A stretch of 64,000 nt of DNA, taken from NCBI GenBank assembly GCA_016748015.1, contig JAAOMT010000219.1, forward strand, positions 238,436 through 302,435, read 5' to 3'. Source of the stretch: Geosiphon pyriformis uo1 (taxonomy: Eukaryota; Fungi; Glomeromycota). A model generated the notes under the pieces. It did no database searches. It was not told the origin of the DNA and saw only the letters and a program-made list of their open reading frames with translations. Shown piece after piece: positions 40,027-55,688 of the stretch. Within the stretch, counting starts at the first letter, position 1. Every line of letters begins with the position of its first letter. A program made the position numbers and the translations under genes.

Positions 40027-43000
40027 TGTTATGGTTGAAACTTATACTTTTTATTAATTATCACATGTATTAGCCACTGATGTCATATAAATTAGCCACT
40101 TTATTTTTAGATAGTAATTATTGACCTAGTTGTTGACCTGATTATTGACCACTTTTGATAGCTATATAAGCAATGAATTTTTTAGCTGTAAAAAAGCATA
40201 TAAGAATCAAAGAAATAAAAGAAATAAAATAACAACTTCATCTCAATCCTTTTCTTATTGCTAATTTCCCTTTCCCTACTTTTAAGTATCTAAACATCTT
40301 AAAGATAAAAGATTACTTGTTGGTTATTCTTTATCTTTTTCCTAAAATGTGTAATTACAGCATTTGAAAATTATTGAATAAAACATGACTGAAGAGCACA
40401 TCTGATACTTGATATTAAATTCTAAAAGTGCTGATATAAGGCATAAAATTATACCAAGTGTGATCATTTGTTGACAATACAGACTATTCCTCTACCTTCA
40501 GATTTTTCAGTTACCTTTTAAAAAGAATAGCAACTGAGATATTTTATGAAACTAATCTTGCACATTGAATCCATATTTATTCAATTCACTCTTTGAAGTT
40601 AAATTTCTTTTGATTCCTTTCATCATCTTACAATTCTGTTTTCCCTTGCTATCTGTTAGCTTGTTACTCCAACCTGTAATATAAAAGTGGTGCTTCTTGT
40701 GAAGTTGTTAAAATTCACTTTGTTTCTTATTGTATGAGTGATTATTCATACCTGCTAGAACAATTAGAAGAATACTTTGAAGCACACAACAAAAACAATC
40801 TAAACTTTATTGAACTCAATCTTTTGCTCTCCTGCTTAATTTGCTTCCCCATTGAAAAACAATCCAATAGACAATTCCAAGACTTTTGGAACTGGTTCCT
40901 GAACAAGCATTCCACTGAAATCTACACCACTTATATAATCTATTACTTTAACTAAGCTTATTTTGAAGACAACTTTGAAGAAAGAAACAACAGTATTAAT
41001 CAGCTCTTATATTTTACAATCTTTGAACAACAGCCCCCTAATTTCGAATATCTGAATTATCAAATCCATATTTGGATTGCTGCCCATCAATCAACTGAAA
41101 CTTCTCTTAAAACAGAAGAAGAAAACTATTAAACTGCTCCTATTTTTAATCTTTTTTCAAGTGAATTAGAACACTCTACACAAACAGTTATATCTGAACC
41201 AATGGCTCAAGACCCTTTATAACAAAACATTCTGATTGCCCTCCAAGATATACAGACTGCTTTAGGGTGAAAAAACAACACTCTATTACTATTATTCAGA
41301 AGTAATGCCCAAGATTCAATTGAATGGTTGGATAATTTTAAAAGAGCTGCCACAGCCAACCAGTATGATAAAAAATACAAGTTCTAAATTGTTAGTGGCT
41401 ACCTCCAAGGCTCTTCTGCTATCTGGTTTTCACAAGAAACAGATGCCAATGCTCAACACAGAATAATCAGATGGACACCAACCAATACTGAAGAAGAAAA
41501 TATCTTTTTTATTATCCAGTTTGAAACCAAGTTCAGAATTCCAATATTAATATCCAAATGATGCATAGCATTGAAAAAAAGAACCCAAGGCCCTGGAAAA
41601 GTAGTGACTGAATATGCCAAAGCTATCAGAAAGCTAATCAAACGTGTAGATTCTAGAAGAAACTGGACAGAAGAGCAAAAGATCTATTTCTTCACAAAAA
41701 GATTAAGAACTGATTTATTATATGCTCTTTGGCCTTTCTTGGCTTTAAAAGACAACCCAACAATGGACATGGTTATTGAACTTGCTCAACAAATTGAAGA
41801 CAACCAAAAGATGTACTTGGAATCCACGTTTCCAGTTTTTGCTCTTGTTTCTATTATGACTTCTGCTCCACAAATGGCTGCTACTTTTTTTGCTGCTCAA
41901 ACTCAAAATCCAAATGAACATTTAATAGATAGGCTTACAACAAATCTTGTCTGGCTATTAGAACCTTTGGCTCAAGCAGTTAGAGAGAATTAACAACCCC
42001 AAAGACCCAGATTTGAACTCCACTTCAATTAACTCCAACAATCACCATATCAAAGATAGCAAAATCATGGCCCACCTGTGTGCTATTACTATGGACTAAC
42101 TGAACACTTCTTAAGAGACTGTAACAATTCTCCATTGCCCTCTCTAGCTCCCAGAAATAATAACACCCAGAATAACAGACTCAACAATAATAATGTTCTC
42201 AATCAAAGACCCAATTATGCCAACATCAATTTCTTTGGAGAGAATCCCTTAGTTGAAGCTATTGTTTATTAGTCTTTAAACTAATAGGCACACTTCCAAA
42301 GGGTGAGAGTGCAAGCCAACCAGAAGAAAACCTCTTTTTTGCTTTTAATTTAACTGATAATAACTATGACATGGATGAATTAGCAATCAACACTTTTAAA
42401 TCAACAAGAAAAAAAAAAAAGCCAAGGTTGATTTCATTTTAGATTCAAAAAAAGCCTCTACATCAATTGCTAATAACAATGAACTACTAAAGGCTAAAGT
42501 TTTTAAAAATTCTCTAAAGTTGGAATTCCCAGAAATTGTACAAAAATCTGGATCCTATTTTGTTATCAAAAATCTTATGAAAACACCTGTACATATTACA
42601 TTTGGCCAACTAATGACCCATCCACAGTTCAGAAAAGATCTTTGTAAATTATTGATACCAAGAAAAAAACACCAAAAACCAACAAATGTCCTCACCAAGC
42701 TGGACTTACTGATAACAGCAATGTCACTCCTCTAATTTGTAAAGCCCAAGTGACTGGTTACTTCATTGACTTGATCCTAGACAGTAGATCATCTGTTAGT
42801 GTAATTGCCAAACACTTTTTTGAAGCAATTGGCAGAATAATTGATGAGTTTTCCACAAGACCAATGACCAACATACATAATGACAAGAAAAAAGACCTGG
42901 GCATAGCCAAAGCTATTTCTGTTCGCATCAATGATATCAGCATTGAAACAGATATGGAAATATCTGAAGCAAAAAAGTATACCATCATTGTTAGTAATAA

Positions 43001-46000
43001 GTGGCTTAAGAAAGCCAAAGCACTACTTGACTATGAACTGTGTAAGCTAACCATCAAATGTGGTGAAAAGTCTATTGTGGTTAAGTGCTATCATTAAACA
43101 ACCTCTCCAGTACCCAAGCAAACCAGAAAGAAAAACAATCAGATGAATCAGATGATGATAAGAGTGATAATGAAGATCAAGAAAAACAAGAAAAAACTGT
43201 TGAACTTGCTTATACTATTTTTACCAGCAATGGCAAGCCACTGGACAATGTTAAAGCTGACAAAGAAAAGATCATGGTAAATGGCAAGCTGATCTGTTGG
43301 CCTTACTATAATATTTTCAGAAAAACTTTTGACAGAAAACCTAGCAAGAAAGCCAAATACAATTATTGGTGGCATGGCTCTTATGCATGGTGTTAGTGCA
43401 ATAAATCTTTGTATTTACCAAGTGATGAATGCAAATTCTGCCTGATCTATTACAAAAATTGGAAGCCAATTAGTTTGATACCTAAAGAAGAACTAAAAGA
43501 AGTACAGAAGTTTTTTAAGAATAAACCACCTAAGATCCAATTTCTAGTTGTAAAACAAAAAAAGCCTTTATTTAAAGAAAAAAAAGTGGACATTGAAAAT
43601 CTGTTGGCTAGAAATGACTCAATTATCTCAAAAAAAGGTGATACTCCTGGATGAACTCATGTGATACAACATACCATCACCACAAAAAAAACTTGTCCCA
43701 TTTATTTAAAGCCTTATTAATTCAATCGATGTAATGATGAGTTTATCAAGAAAGAAATAAACCGGATGAAAGATCTTGAATTCATACAAGAAACCAAGAG
43801 TAAATAATCTTTCTCAGTTGTAGTGGTATCTAAGAAAGATAGAATTCTATGTTTTTGTGTTGACTATTGCCAATTAAATGCCATCATTATAAGAGACATG
43901 TACCCACTCTTCAAAATTGATGCAATGCTAGATAAATTCAATGGTGCTGCTTTTTTCTCAACCATTAACTTAACTACTGGATTCTGGCAAGTAGAAATGA
44001 ATCCAGAAAGCAAAAAGAAAACTGTCTTCATCACCAAGTATGGCATTTATAAATTTACAATCATGCCTTTTGGTTTCACCAATGCTCCTCCCATCTGTCA
44101 ATGTCTAATAGATAAAATGTTTGAATCAGTAAAAGAAAACTTTGTTCTGGTTTACTTAGATGACATAATGGTATATTCAAAAACCTGGAATGAACATCTT
44201 GAACATTTACAGAAGGTTTTTGACCTGCTCAAAAATACTGGTCTTAAGATCAACCCAATCAAATCTTTTTTTGGACATCAATCCACCCAGTTTCTTGGTT
44301 ATCTTATTATAAAAGATGAAATTTTCTCTGATCCAGATAAAGTTGAAAAAGTTCAAAACATTAGACAACCAATGAATGTTCCTGAATTATGCTTTTTCCT
44401 TGGTTTGGCCTCTTACTATTGCAAATTTATCAAAGATTTCTCCAAAATTGCCTTTTTTCTTAATCAGTTACTCAAAAAAAATGTCAATTATCACTGGAGC
44501 ACTCATTAACAAAAAGCTTTTAAATTTCTGAAGGAAAAACTTGTTACTGAACCAATTCTCAAACAACCTAATCTGACCCAATCTTTTATCTTCCACACTA
44601 ATGTATCTGGCTATGGACTTGGTGCTGTTCTTTTACAGAAAAATGAAAATGGCAGAAAACATGCCATAGCATATGCCAGTAGATCTCTCACACCAGCAGA
44701 AAAGAACTATTCACTTACTGAACAGAAATGCTTAGTAGTAGTTTGGGCTACTAGCTACTGGAATCAATATCTTCTTGGTGCAAAATTCTTAGTGGTAATA
44801 GATTATCAAGCCTTGGTTTGGCTGCACAAGAAAAAGAAGCTGGAACACAAACAAATAACTTGCTGGATACTTCACTTGGATGAATTTAACTATGATATTT
44901 AATACCACAAAGGAGCAAATCATTAAAATGCTAATGCTCTTTTTAGACTTACCATCCAGTAATAATACAATCTCTCAAACCAAACCAACTTAATTATTAA
45001 TAACTCCTTCATAAACAAACACAATAATGGATTTGAACAACTACTCTGCCTTAATAGAATTTTTGGGTAAAAGACAATACCCATCAGAATACACTTGACA
45101 GCAAAGAGAACATTTGCACAAACAATCAAATTTCTATTTGATCCGCCAGAACTAATTATACAAAAAAAAACAGAAAAAATTCTGACTGCTCTCAGAAAGT
45201 TATCAGATTTAAAGAAAAAGAAATTGTAATATACAACATGCACATTGACCCTTTAGCTGGACACTTTGAAAAAACAAAAACAATTCAGAAAACTTTAGCT
45301 CACTATTATTGGCCTACCTTGAAAAAAGACATTGCTGAATACATCAAAACCTGTGACATCTGCCAAAGAAGAGGCAAACCTAATCGCAAAGAAGATATCC
45401 ATCCAATCTCTGTTGATTAACCATTTGACAGAATTGGTATAAATGTTGTTGGACCTTTAACAATAACTCCTAATGGCAACAGATACATTATTATAGCTAC
45501 TAACTATCTTACAAAGTAGATAGAAGCAAGAGCCACCTCAGACCAAACAGCAGTCTCAATAGCCAATTTTATTTATAAAGATATTATCTGCCATTATGAC
45601 TGCCCAAAAGAACTTTTATCTGATAGAGGAAGAGCTTTTCTCAGTACACTGGTTGAAAAACTTTGTAGAAAAATGGGAATATGTCATAAACTTTCTTCCT
45701 TTTATTACCCATAAACAAATAGCCTAGTGGAATGTTTTAATAAAACACTATGTGAAACTCTAACCAAAACTAGTGAAAAAACAAACTTATGGGAAAAAGT
45801 ACTGCCCTCAGCTTTGTTTGCTTATAGAACTGTAAATTATAACATAACAAGTTATGAACTTTTTTATCTGCTCTATGAATGCATGGCAACACTACCAATA
45901 GAAACTAACATTGAAACAATACTCTTTAAAGAGATCACAATAGAAAATTACAAAGACATTTTGCAAAGAAAACTTGATACCATTCTTGATTCCCTGATAG

Positions 46001-47675
46001 AAGCATGAATAATTGCTTTTGAAAAGATAAAACAGTTTCAAGAAAAGCTTAAGAAAAAAAAAACCTATAAAATACTTTCTTTAAGTGTTAATGACTTGGT
46101 ACTAGAATACTATTCTAACAGAGACAATGTTTATAGTGATAAATTCTCTAGCTGATAGAAAAGACCCTTTATAGTCAACAAAGTTTTGAACAATGGTTCT
46201 TATATTCTTCAAAATCAATCCGAAACAATCTTCAATGATCATTCTGTTCATGATACACAACTCAAGAAATATCATAAACGACCTGATTGGCTGCCTGTTG
46301 TGGTAATACCGACTCAATTAATCAACAAAAATCAAGTATAAATAAATTCACCATTCCCAAAACAGAGGTATCTTCAATTGACATGAACAATTATTTTCTG
46401 GATCAAAACATTCAAAACACCTTCTATACTCTTCATGAGTATTGGATCAAAAACTATCCAAATACTATTCTGACCATTGAAAAACAAACCACCATAATTG
46501 ATAACAGTAGAACACATACTGTTATTAAACCAAAGAAAACTACTACCAGAAGAGAAAAAATTGGTAGTAAAATGGATAAATATCTGTTAGAAAGTATAAC
46601 AACAGCTATACTTCTACCTTCCAGCACAATTGGAAAAACACTCCAAAAAATCTTACTTATAGACAAAAACTTGTCATATGAAAGGCAATTAGAATTCTAT
46701 AATCACCTTGGTAAAATTATAGAGAATATGAAACTCATGAAGAAAACAACTTCAAAGATACAGACAGAAATTTTGGACATTATATTGTTAGATGTCCCAA
46801 GAGTTTTAACTATTGCTAGAAAAGCCAAAACTCTAATATAAAGATTTAGTCTTTTAGATACAAAACTCATTTTGTCTCAAGTGTTATATACCTTATTTAC
46901 AAAAGACTTCAACAAACTAGTTAGCTTTGAGTTAGATAAAACTCTTCAAATAGATTACCCCATGAATAGCTTGATTTTGCTAGAGCTCAATCTTTTTGGA
47001 AAGAATGATATTATAGTTGAAATTTATACTTCTTATTAATTATCACATGTATTAGCCACTGATATCATATAAATTAGCCACTTTATTTTTAGATAGTGAT
47101 CATTGATCTGATCATTGACCTAGTTGTTGACCTGATTATTGACCACTTTTAACAGCTATATAAGCAATGAATCTCTTAACTGTAGAAAAGCATATAAAAA
47201 TCAAAGAAATAAAAGAAATAAAATAACAACTTCATCTTAATTCTTCTCTTATTGCTAATTTTTCTTTTCCTACTTTCAAGTATCTGAACATCTTAAAGAT
47301 AAAAAATTACTTGTTGGTTATTCTTTATCTTTTTCCTAAAACATGTAATTGCAGTATTTGAAGATTATTGAATAAAATGTAATTGAAGAACACATCTGAT
47401 ACTTGATATTGAATTCTAAGAGCATTAATGTAAGGCATAGAATTATACCAAGTATGATCATTTGTTAATAGTACAGACTATCTCTTTACCTTCAGATTCT
47501 CCAGTTACTTTTTAAAAAGAATAGCAGCTGAGATATTTTATGAGACTGATCTCACACATTGAATCCATACTTATTTAATTCGCTCTTTGAAATTGAATTC
47601 CCTTTGATTTCTTTTATTACTCTACAATCCTGTTCTCCCTTACTATCTGTTAGCTTATTACTCCAATCCGTAACA
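40027..47675 (+). mobile_element. Ty3/Gypsy family B, copy B2 (LTR subtype 2), full length, nested in the 5' leader of B1
   Basis: 5' LTR 40027-40681, PBS 40688-40706, gag, protease (LILDSRS), RT 43823-44509 (YLDD), RNase H, integrase (HHCC, core), purine tract ~46998-47008, 3' LTR 47009-47675; ATAT TSD at 40023-40026 and 47676-47679. Confidence 0.93.
46383..47039 (+). pseudogene. Extra ORF3 downstream of integrase in family B (unknown function)
   Basis: ATG at 46383, one internal stop (46839) where B1 has CAA; homologous reading frame in B1 (~53269-53920, ORF 53473-53835). Confidence 0.6.
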
Positions 47676-50600
47676 ATATGAATAATTATTTATATCTGCC
47701 ACAACAATTAAAAAAACACTTTAAAACACACAACAAAAATAATCTAGATTTTATTGAACTCAATCTTTTGTTTTTCTGCTTGATTTGCTTTTCTATTGAA
47801 AAACAATTTAGCAGATAATTCCAAGCCTTTTAGAATTGGTTCCTGAACAAACATTTAGCTGAAACCTATATAGCCTATACAATCTATTTCTTTGAACAAG
47901 TTTATTTTAAAGACAACTTTAAAAAAAAAAAACAACAGCATCAATTAACTTTTATATTTCACAACCTTTGAACAACAGCCTTTTAATTTTGAATATTTGA
48001 ATTATCAAATTCACATCTGGATTGCTGTCCACCAATTAGTTAAAACCTTCTTTGAAACAGAAAAAAAAGTTATCAAACTGCTTCTGTTTTTGACTTCTTT
48101 TCAAGTAAATCAAAATATTCTACATAAATAGCTATTTCTGAACCAATGACTAATAATCTCATACAACAAAACATTCTGGCTGTTCTTCAAGACATACAAA
48201 CTGCTTTAAAGCAAAGAAATAACACTCCACTATCTTTATTTAAAGACAATACACAAAACCCAATTAAATAGTTAGATTTTAAAAAAGCAGTCACTGCTAA
48301 TTAATATGATGCTAAATATAAGTTCCAAATCATTGGTAGCTACCTTTAAAACTTTTCTGCTATCTGGTTCTTACAAAAAACCAATGCTGATGCTTATCAA
48401 AAAATTATTAAATGAACATCAACAAATGCTGAAAAAAAAAATACCTCTTTTACAATTCAGTTTAAAACTAAATTTAGAAAGAAAAACCCAAGATCCTAGT
48501 AAAGTTGTGACTAAATATGTCAAAGCAATCAAAAAACTAATCAAATAAATACACTTTGGAAGAAATTAGACAGAAAAACAAAAAATTTATTCCTTTACAA
48601 AAAAATTAAGAACTGATCTTTTCTATACTTTTTGGCCCCTTCTGGCTTTAAAAGATAATTCTACAATAAATATGGCTATTGAATTTGCCCAAAGAATGCA
48701 CCTAGAATTTATACTTTCAGTTTTTGCTCCTGTTTTTGTTATGGCCTCTGCTTTTCAAATAACTACTATCTCTTTTGCTGCCCAAATTCAAGACCCAAAT
48801 AAACAGTTAATAGATAAACTTACAGCAAATTTTGCCCAGTTATTGGAACTCTTAATTCAAGCAATTACAAATAATTAGCAACCACAAAAACCCAAATTTA
48901 AATCTTGTTTTAATCAGCTCCAACAACCTCCTTATTAAAGACAACAAAATCATGACTCACCTGTATATTATTATTGTGAATTAACTAAACATTTCTCCAG
49001 AAATTGCAACAATCTTTTTTTGTCTTCTCCAGCTCTTAAAAATAATGATAATTAAAACAACAGAATTAACAACAACAGTATTCCTAATTAAAGACCTAAT
49101 TATGCTAACATCAATTTCTTTGAAGAAAATCTTCTAGTTAAAGCTATTGTTTATTAGTTTTTAAACTAGTAGGCACACTTCCAAAGAATAAGAGTGCAAG
49201 CCAACCAGAAAAAAACCTCTTTTTTGCTTTTAACTTAACTAATAATGACTATAACATAAATAAATTAGCAATTAATATCTCTGAATCAACAAAAAAAAAA
49301 GAAAGCCAATTTTAATTTTGTTCTGAATCCAAATAAAACATTCATATCAACTGTTAATAACAATAAGCCACCAAAAACTAAAGTTTTTAAAAATTTTTCA
49401 AAGCTGGAATTTTCAAAAATTATACAAAAATTTGGTCCCTATTCTATTGTTAAAGATTTCATAAAAACTCCAGTTTATATTATCTTTGGCCAGTTAATAA
49501 TCCATTCACAATTCAGAAAAGATTTTTGCAAATCTTTGATCTCAAAGAAAAAAATACCAAAAACCAATAAACACTCTTGACAAACTGGACTTATTAACAA
49601 TAGTAATGTTATCTCTCTAATTTGCAAAGCCCAAGTGACTGGTTATTTTATTAACTTAATTTTAGACAGTAAATTATCTGTAAGTATAATTGCCAAACAC
49701 TTTCTAAAAGCCATTAGTAGAAAGCTTAATAAACTTTTAATCAGACTAATGACCAATGTGCATGATAACAAAAAAAAAAGCTTGGTATAACCAAAGCTGT
49801 TTTTGTCTGCATCAATAGCATTAGCATTAAAACTGACATGAAAGTATTCAAAGCAAAAAAATACACTATTATTGTTAACAATAAATGGTTTAAGAAAGCA
49901 AAAGTTTTGCTTAATTATGAATTTTATAAACTAACTATCAGATATGGTAAAAAACCCATTGTGGTTAAATATTACTATTGAACAACTTCTTTAGTACTCA
50001 AGCAGAATCAAAAAAATAAGCAATTAGATAAATCAAATGATAAAGAGAGTGATAAAAAAAAAAACAAAAAAAACAAAAAAAAACTGCTAAATTTACTTAT
50101 ACCATTTTTACCAACAATGACAAGCCATTAAATAATATTAAAGCTAACAGAGAAGAAATTATTGTAAATGACAAGCTGATCTGCTGGTCTTACTATGACA
50201 TACTTAAAAAAATTTTTGCCAGAAAACCTAACAATAAAGCCAAAAACAGCTATTGGTGATATAGTTCTTGTGCCAGGTGCTAATATAATAAACTTTTGTA
50301 TTCTCCTAGTAATAAATGCAAGTCTTGCCTAATCTATTACAAAGATTGAGAGTCAATTAGTTTGATATTCAGAGAAGAACTAAAAGAAGTACAAAAGTTC
50401 TTTGAAAATGAACCATCTGAAATCTAATTACTTATAGTAGAACAAAGAGAACTCTTTCCTAAAAAAAGAAAAATAGACATTGAAATCTGTTGGTTAGAAA
50501 TAGCCCAGTTATCTCAAAAAAAAGTAACACCTCTGGATGAACTTATGTAATACAACATATCATTACCATCAGAGAAACTTGCTTCATTTATTTAAAACCT

Positions 50601-53600
50601 TATCAATCTAATTAATATAATAATAAATTCATCAAGAAAGAAATAATCTGAATAAAAAATCTTAGATTCATACAAAAAACCAAGAGTAAATAGGCTTTTT
50701 TAGTTGTAGTGATATCTAAAAAAGATAAAAATCTATGCTTTTGTGTTAACTACTGCCAATTAAATGTTATTACTATAAGAGATATGTATTTACTCCTCAA
50801 AATTGATGCAATACTAGACAAATTCAATGGTGCTGCTTTTTTTTCAACTATTAACTTAACTGCTGAATTCTGGCAAGTAGAAATAAATTCAGAAAGTAGA
50901 AAAAAAACTGTTTTTATTACCAAATATGGCACCTACAAATTTACAGTCATGTCTTTTGGTCTCATCAATGCTCCTTCTATTTTTTAACACCTAATAGACA
51001 AAGTGTTTGAATCAGTAAAAAAAAATTTTGTTGTGGTCTATTTGAATGTTATAATAATATACTCAAAAACCTGGGATTGAATATCTTGAACACTTGCAAA
51101 AGGTTTTTGATCTCCTTAGAAATGCTGGTCTTAAAATAAATCCAATCAAATCTTTCTTTGAATAACAATTCACCCAGTTTTTTGGTTATTTTATTACAAA
51201 AGATGAAATCTTCTTTGATCCAGCCAAAGTTGAAAAAGTCTAAAACATTAGACAACTTATGAATATTCTTAAAACTACACTTTTTTCTTGGATTGGCTTC
51301 TTATTATTGCAAATTTATCAAGGATTTCTCTAAAATTACTTTTTCTTTCAATCAGCTACTAAAGAAAAATATCAATTATTATTGAAGCACTTATCAACAA
51401 AAAGCTTTTAAAACTTTAAAAAAAAAACTTGTCACTAAACCAATTCTTAAACAACTTGATCTGGACCAATTTTTTATTCTACATATTGATGTATCTGGTT
51501 ATAGACTTGGTGCTGTTCTTTTTCAAAAAAATGAAAATAGCAGGAAACATACTATAACATATACCAGTAGAACCCTCACATTAGCAGAAAAGAACTATTC
51601 AGTTACTAAACAAAAATACTTAGCAGTAGTATAGACTACTAATTACTGGAACCAATATTTTTTTGGCATAAAATTCTTAGTGATAACAGATTATTAAGCC
51701 TTGGTTTGACTGTGCAATAAAAATAAGCTAGAACACAAACAAATAACTCACTAAATATTCTATCTAGATAAATTCAACTATAACATTTAACATCACAAAA
51801 GAGCTAATTATCAAAATACTAATGTCCTTTTCAGACTTACTATTCAGTAATAATACAACCTCTTAAACCAAACTAATCTAATTATTAATAACTCTTTCAC
51901 AAACAAACACAATAATAGACTTAGACAACTACTTTGTTTTAATAGAATTTTTGGGTAAAAGACAATACTTATTGAATTATACTCAACAGCAAAGAGAACA
52001 TTTATGCAAACAATCAAATTTCTATTTGATTACCAGAACCAGTTATATAAAAAAAACAGAAAAAATCTTGATCATTCCCAAAAAGTTATCAGATTTGAAG
52101 AAAGAGAAATAATAATATACAACATGTATACTGACCCATTAGTTGAACACTTTGGAAAAACAAAAACAATTCAAAAAACCTTAGCTTGCTATTATTGACT
52201 TATCTTGAAAAAAAACATTACTAAGTACATCAAAACCTGTGACATCTGCCAAAGAAGAGGCTAATCCAATTGAAAAGAAGATATTTATTCAATTTCTGTT
52301 GGTCAACCATTTGACAGAATTGGTATAAATGTTGTTAAATCTTTGACAATAACTTCTGATGACAATAGATATATTATCACAACTACTAACTATTTTATAA
52401 AATAGGTAGAAACAAAAGCCACTTCAGATCAAATAGCAGTTTTAATAGCCAATTTTATTTATAAAGACATTATCTGCCATTATGACTGTTCCAAAGAACT
52501 TTTATTTAATAGAAAAAGAGCTTTTCTTAGTACATTGGTTAAGGAACTTTGTAGAAAAATGAGAATATATTATAAACTTTCTTTCTTTTACCATTTTTAA
52601 ACAAATGGCCTAGTAGAACATTTCAATAAAACACTATGTGAAATCTTAGCCAAAACCAGTAAAAAAACAAACTTATAAAATAAAGTACTGTCTTCAGCTT
52701 TGTTTACTTATAGAACTGTAAATTATTACATAATAAGTTATGAATTTTTTTATCTATTCTATCAATACATAACAACACTATTAATAGAAATTGACATTGA
52801 AATCACATCTTTTAAAAAAATTACAATAAGAAATTATAAAGACATTTTGCAAAAAAGACTTGGTACCATTCTTGATTTATTGGTAAAAGCATAAATAATT
52901 GCTTTTAAAAAGATAAAACAATTTCAAAAAAAGCTTAAGAAAAAGAAAACTTATAAAACATTTTTCTTAAGTATTGAGGACTTAGTATTTAAATACCATT
53001 TAGATAGAAATAATGTTTATGGTAATAAATTCTCTAGCCAATAAAAAAGACTCTTTATAATCAACAAAGTTTTGAACAATAGTTCTTATATTTTTCAAGA
53101 TCAATTCAAAACAATCTTCAATAATCATTTTGTTTATAGTACATGACTTAAAAAATATCATAAACGGCTTAATTGGTTGCCTGTTGTAATAATACCAACT
53201 CAAATAATTAGCAAAAATCAAGTATAAATAAATACATTATTCTTAAAACAGAAGTATCTTTAATCAACATAAATAATTATTTTCTGGATCAAAACATTTA
53301 AAACATTTTCTATACTCTTTATAATTATTGAATCAAAAACTATCCAAATACTACTCTAATCATTGGAAAACAGATTATCATAACTGATAACAGTAGAACA
53401 TATACTGCTATTAGACCCAAGAAAACCACTATCAGAAGAGAAAAAATTGGTAGCAAAATAGATAAATATCTGTTGAAAAGTATAATAACAATTATACTTC
53501 TACTTTTTAATATAATTGAAAAAACACTTCAAAAAATCTTGTCTATAGACAAAAACTTGTCATATGGAAGGCAATTAAAACTCTATGGTTGTTTTAGTAA

Positions 53601-54562
53601 AATCATAGAAGATATAAAACTCATAAAAAAAACAACTTCAGAGATACAGACAAAAATTTTGGGCATTATACAGTTAGATGTTTTAAGAGTTTTAACTATT
53701 GTTAAAAAAGCCAAAACTCTTATACAAAAATTTGGTTTTTTAGATACAAAACTTATTTTGTCTCAAGTATTATATACTCTATCCACAAAAAACTTTAACA
53801 AACTAATTAGCTTTGAGTTAAACAAAACTCTTTAAATAAATTATTTCATAAATAGCTTGATTTCATTAGAGCTCAATCTCTTTGGAGAGAATGATATTAT
53901 AGTTGAAATCCATACTTTTTATTAATTATTATATATATTAGCCATTAATGTCATATAATTAGCCACCATATTTTTAAATAATGATTATTGACCTGATTAT
54001 TGACTTAATTATTGATCATTTTCAATAGTTATATAAGTAATAAGTTCTTTAGCTGTAAAAAAACATGATCAAAGTAATAAAATAAAACACTATTAATTAC
54101 TTTTTCTTATATTGCTTATTTTCTTTTCTCTATTTTCAAGTATCTGAATATCTTGGAATAAAAAATTACTTGTTGGTATTTACATACCTTATTTTTTCTC
54201 CTTCTTGATTTGTATTTGTTAGAATTAGTCTGAAAAGTAATTGTTTGTTCTTGTAATTCATTGAATAAAGAAACAATTAAAAAGCATAATAATACCTATT
54301 ATTGATTCTAAAAATTGCTGAGTTAAGACATAGAATAATAGCAGTAGTATTATTTTGTTAACAATCATAAACTATTCCTTTATCTTCAGATTTCCAGAAA
54401 AAATTTGCAACTGTGATTTTTATGAGACTGATCATGCATATTGAATTTATACATATTTAATTCACTCTCTTATTATAATTCTCTTTTTGATTATTTCTAT
54501 TATTCTACAATCCTGTTTTCTTTTGTTATCCATTAGCTTGTTACTCTAATCCATAACAATAT

Positions 54563-55688
54563 CATCAATTTAAAATAAAAGATAAGCATTATTTTTTGTA
54601 ATATTGTTGAGTTTTCTGTAGTTAACACAAAATCTGATTTTGTTTTTTTTTGTAAATAAAATTCATAAACTGATTAAACAATTACTGTATTTTTTAATAA
54701 ATTAGTAATTGGTATTATTAAAGATTTTTTTGCTTTTTTTTGATATTGTTAATATTGTTAATTGTTAGTTCTATTGTTTAATAGAAGTTAGTAAATTTTT
54801 GATAATTAATTTATTTTCAAAGTATCTTTTTATACTTTGAATTATATGTTGTTGAACTTATAACAGAATGATCAATTCTATATTAATTATTTTTATATAA
54901 TTACTTTGTAATAAAAATTAATTTTTTACAAAAAATTTTGTTTGTAAATTACCTTAATAATATATTAGTTACTTTATTATAAAAGTTAATTTTTTTACAA
55001 AAATCTTAACTATAGACTATCTAATAATATAAAAATTAGAAAATTAAAAAATAAGAAAATTTTAAATTAAAAAAAATAAAATAAAATATGAGTATAATAA
55101 AGTTATTTTAAATTCAGACCTAAAAATATTAACAGTTATTAAAATTAATAACTAATTAATTTTAAGTTTATTAATTTAAAAATATGTAATTTTAAAATAA
55201 TAATAATTAAAAATTTTTAGTTTATAAATAATTTTATTAAATTAATTTGTAATTAATAATATTTAAATATAAGCTTAATTCTAAATAATATATATTTTCT
55301 TAAAAAAAAAAGCTTCTTTTTTATACAATTTGCTATAACACTATTTTATAATCTAGCATTTTTTTTTAATATTTTAGCAAACTAATATATATTTTGTTAA
55401 ATTACAAGTTACTTTTAAATTATTTTGGTAAACTATTAAATATTTTGTTGAATTTTTTAGTATTTTAGCAAATTTTAAATGTTATATAATTTAGAATATT
55501 GCATAATTTAATCATTACAATTTGATTATATTTGTTTTCTGTATAAATTAAATTATTAATTAAATAATAATTTGGTAATTTAATAAAATAATAAATGATA
55601 ATTTAAAATAATAATATATATTAATTAATAATAAGAATTATAAAAATAATTTTATGTTAATTAATAATTTAAATTTTTGTTAATAACA
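54563..55688 (-). mobile_element. Highly eroded 5' end of a family A-related element
   Basis: 54900-55688 is colinear with 5340-6142 (e.g. AAAAAAAAGCTyCTTTT.TACAATTTG and the terminal ...TAACA), with most G/C converted to A/T. Confidence 0.7.

Larger units (their letters stand above)
39333..54558 (+). mobile_element. Ty3/Gypsy family B, copy B1 (LTR subtype 1), full length but heavily decayed; interrupted by B2
   Basis: 5' LTR 39333-39972 (TGTTAC...TAACA), 3' LTR 53895-54558, ATAT TSD at 39329-39332 and 54559-54562; gag/PR/RT/RH/IN remnants 47680-53230. Confidence 0.9.

Noticed and set aside
46100-46345. Chromodomain at the integrase C-terminus, or a true env gene downstream
   Set aside because: The integrase ends shortly after the GPF-like motif with no chromodomain pattern; ORF3 lacks an evident signal peptide or TM helix.
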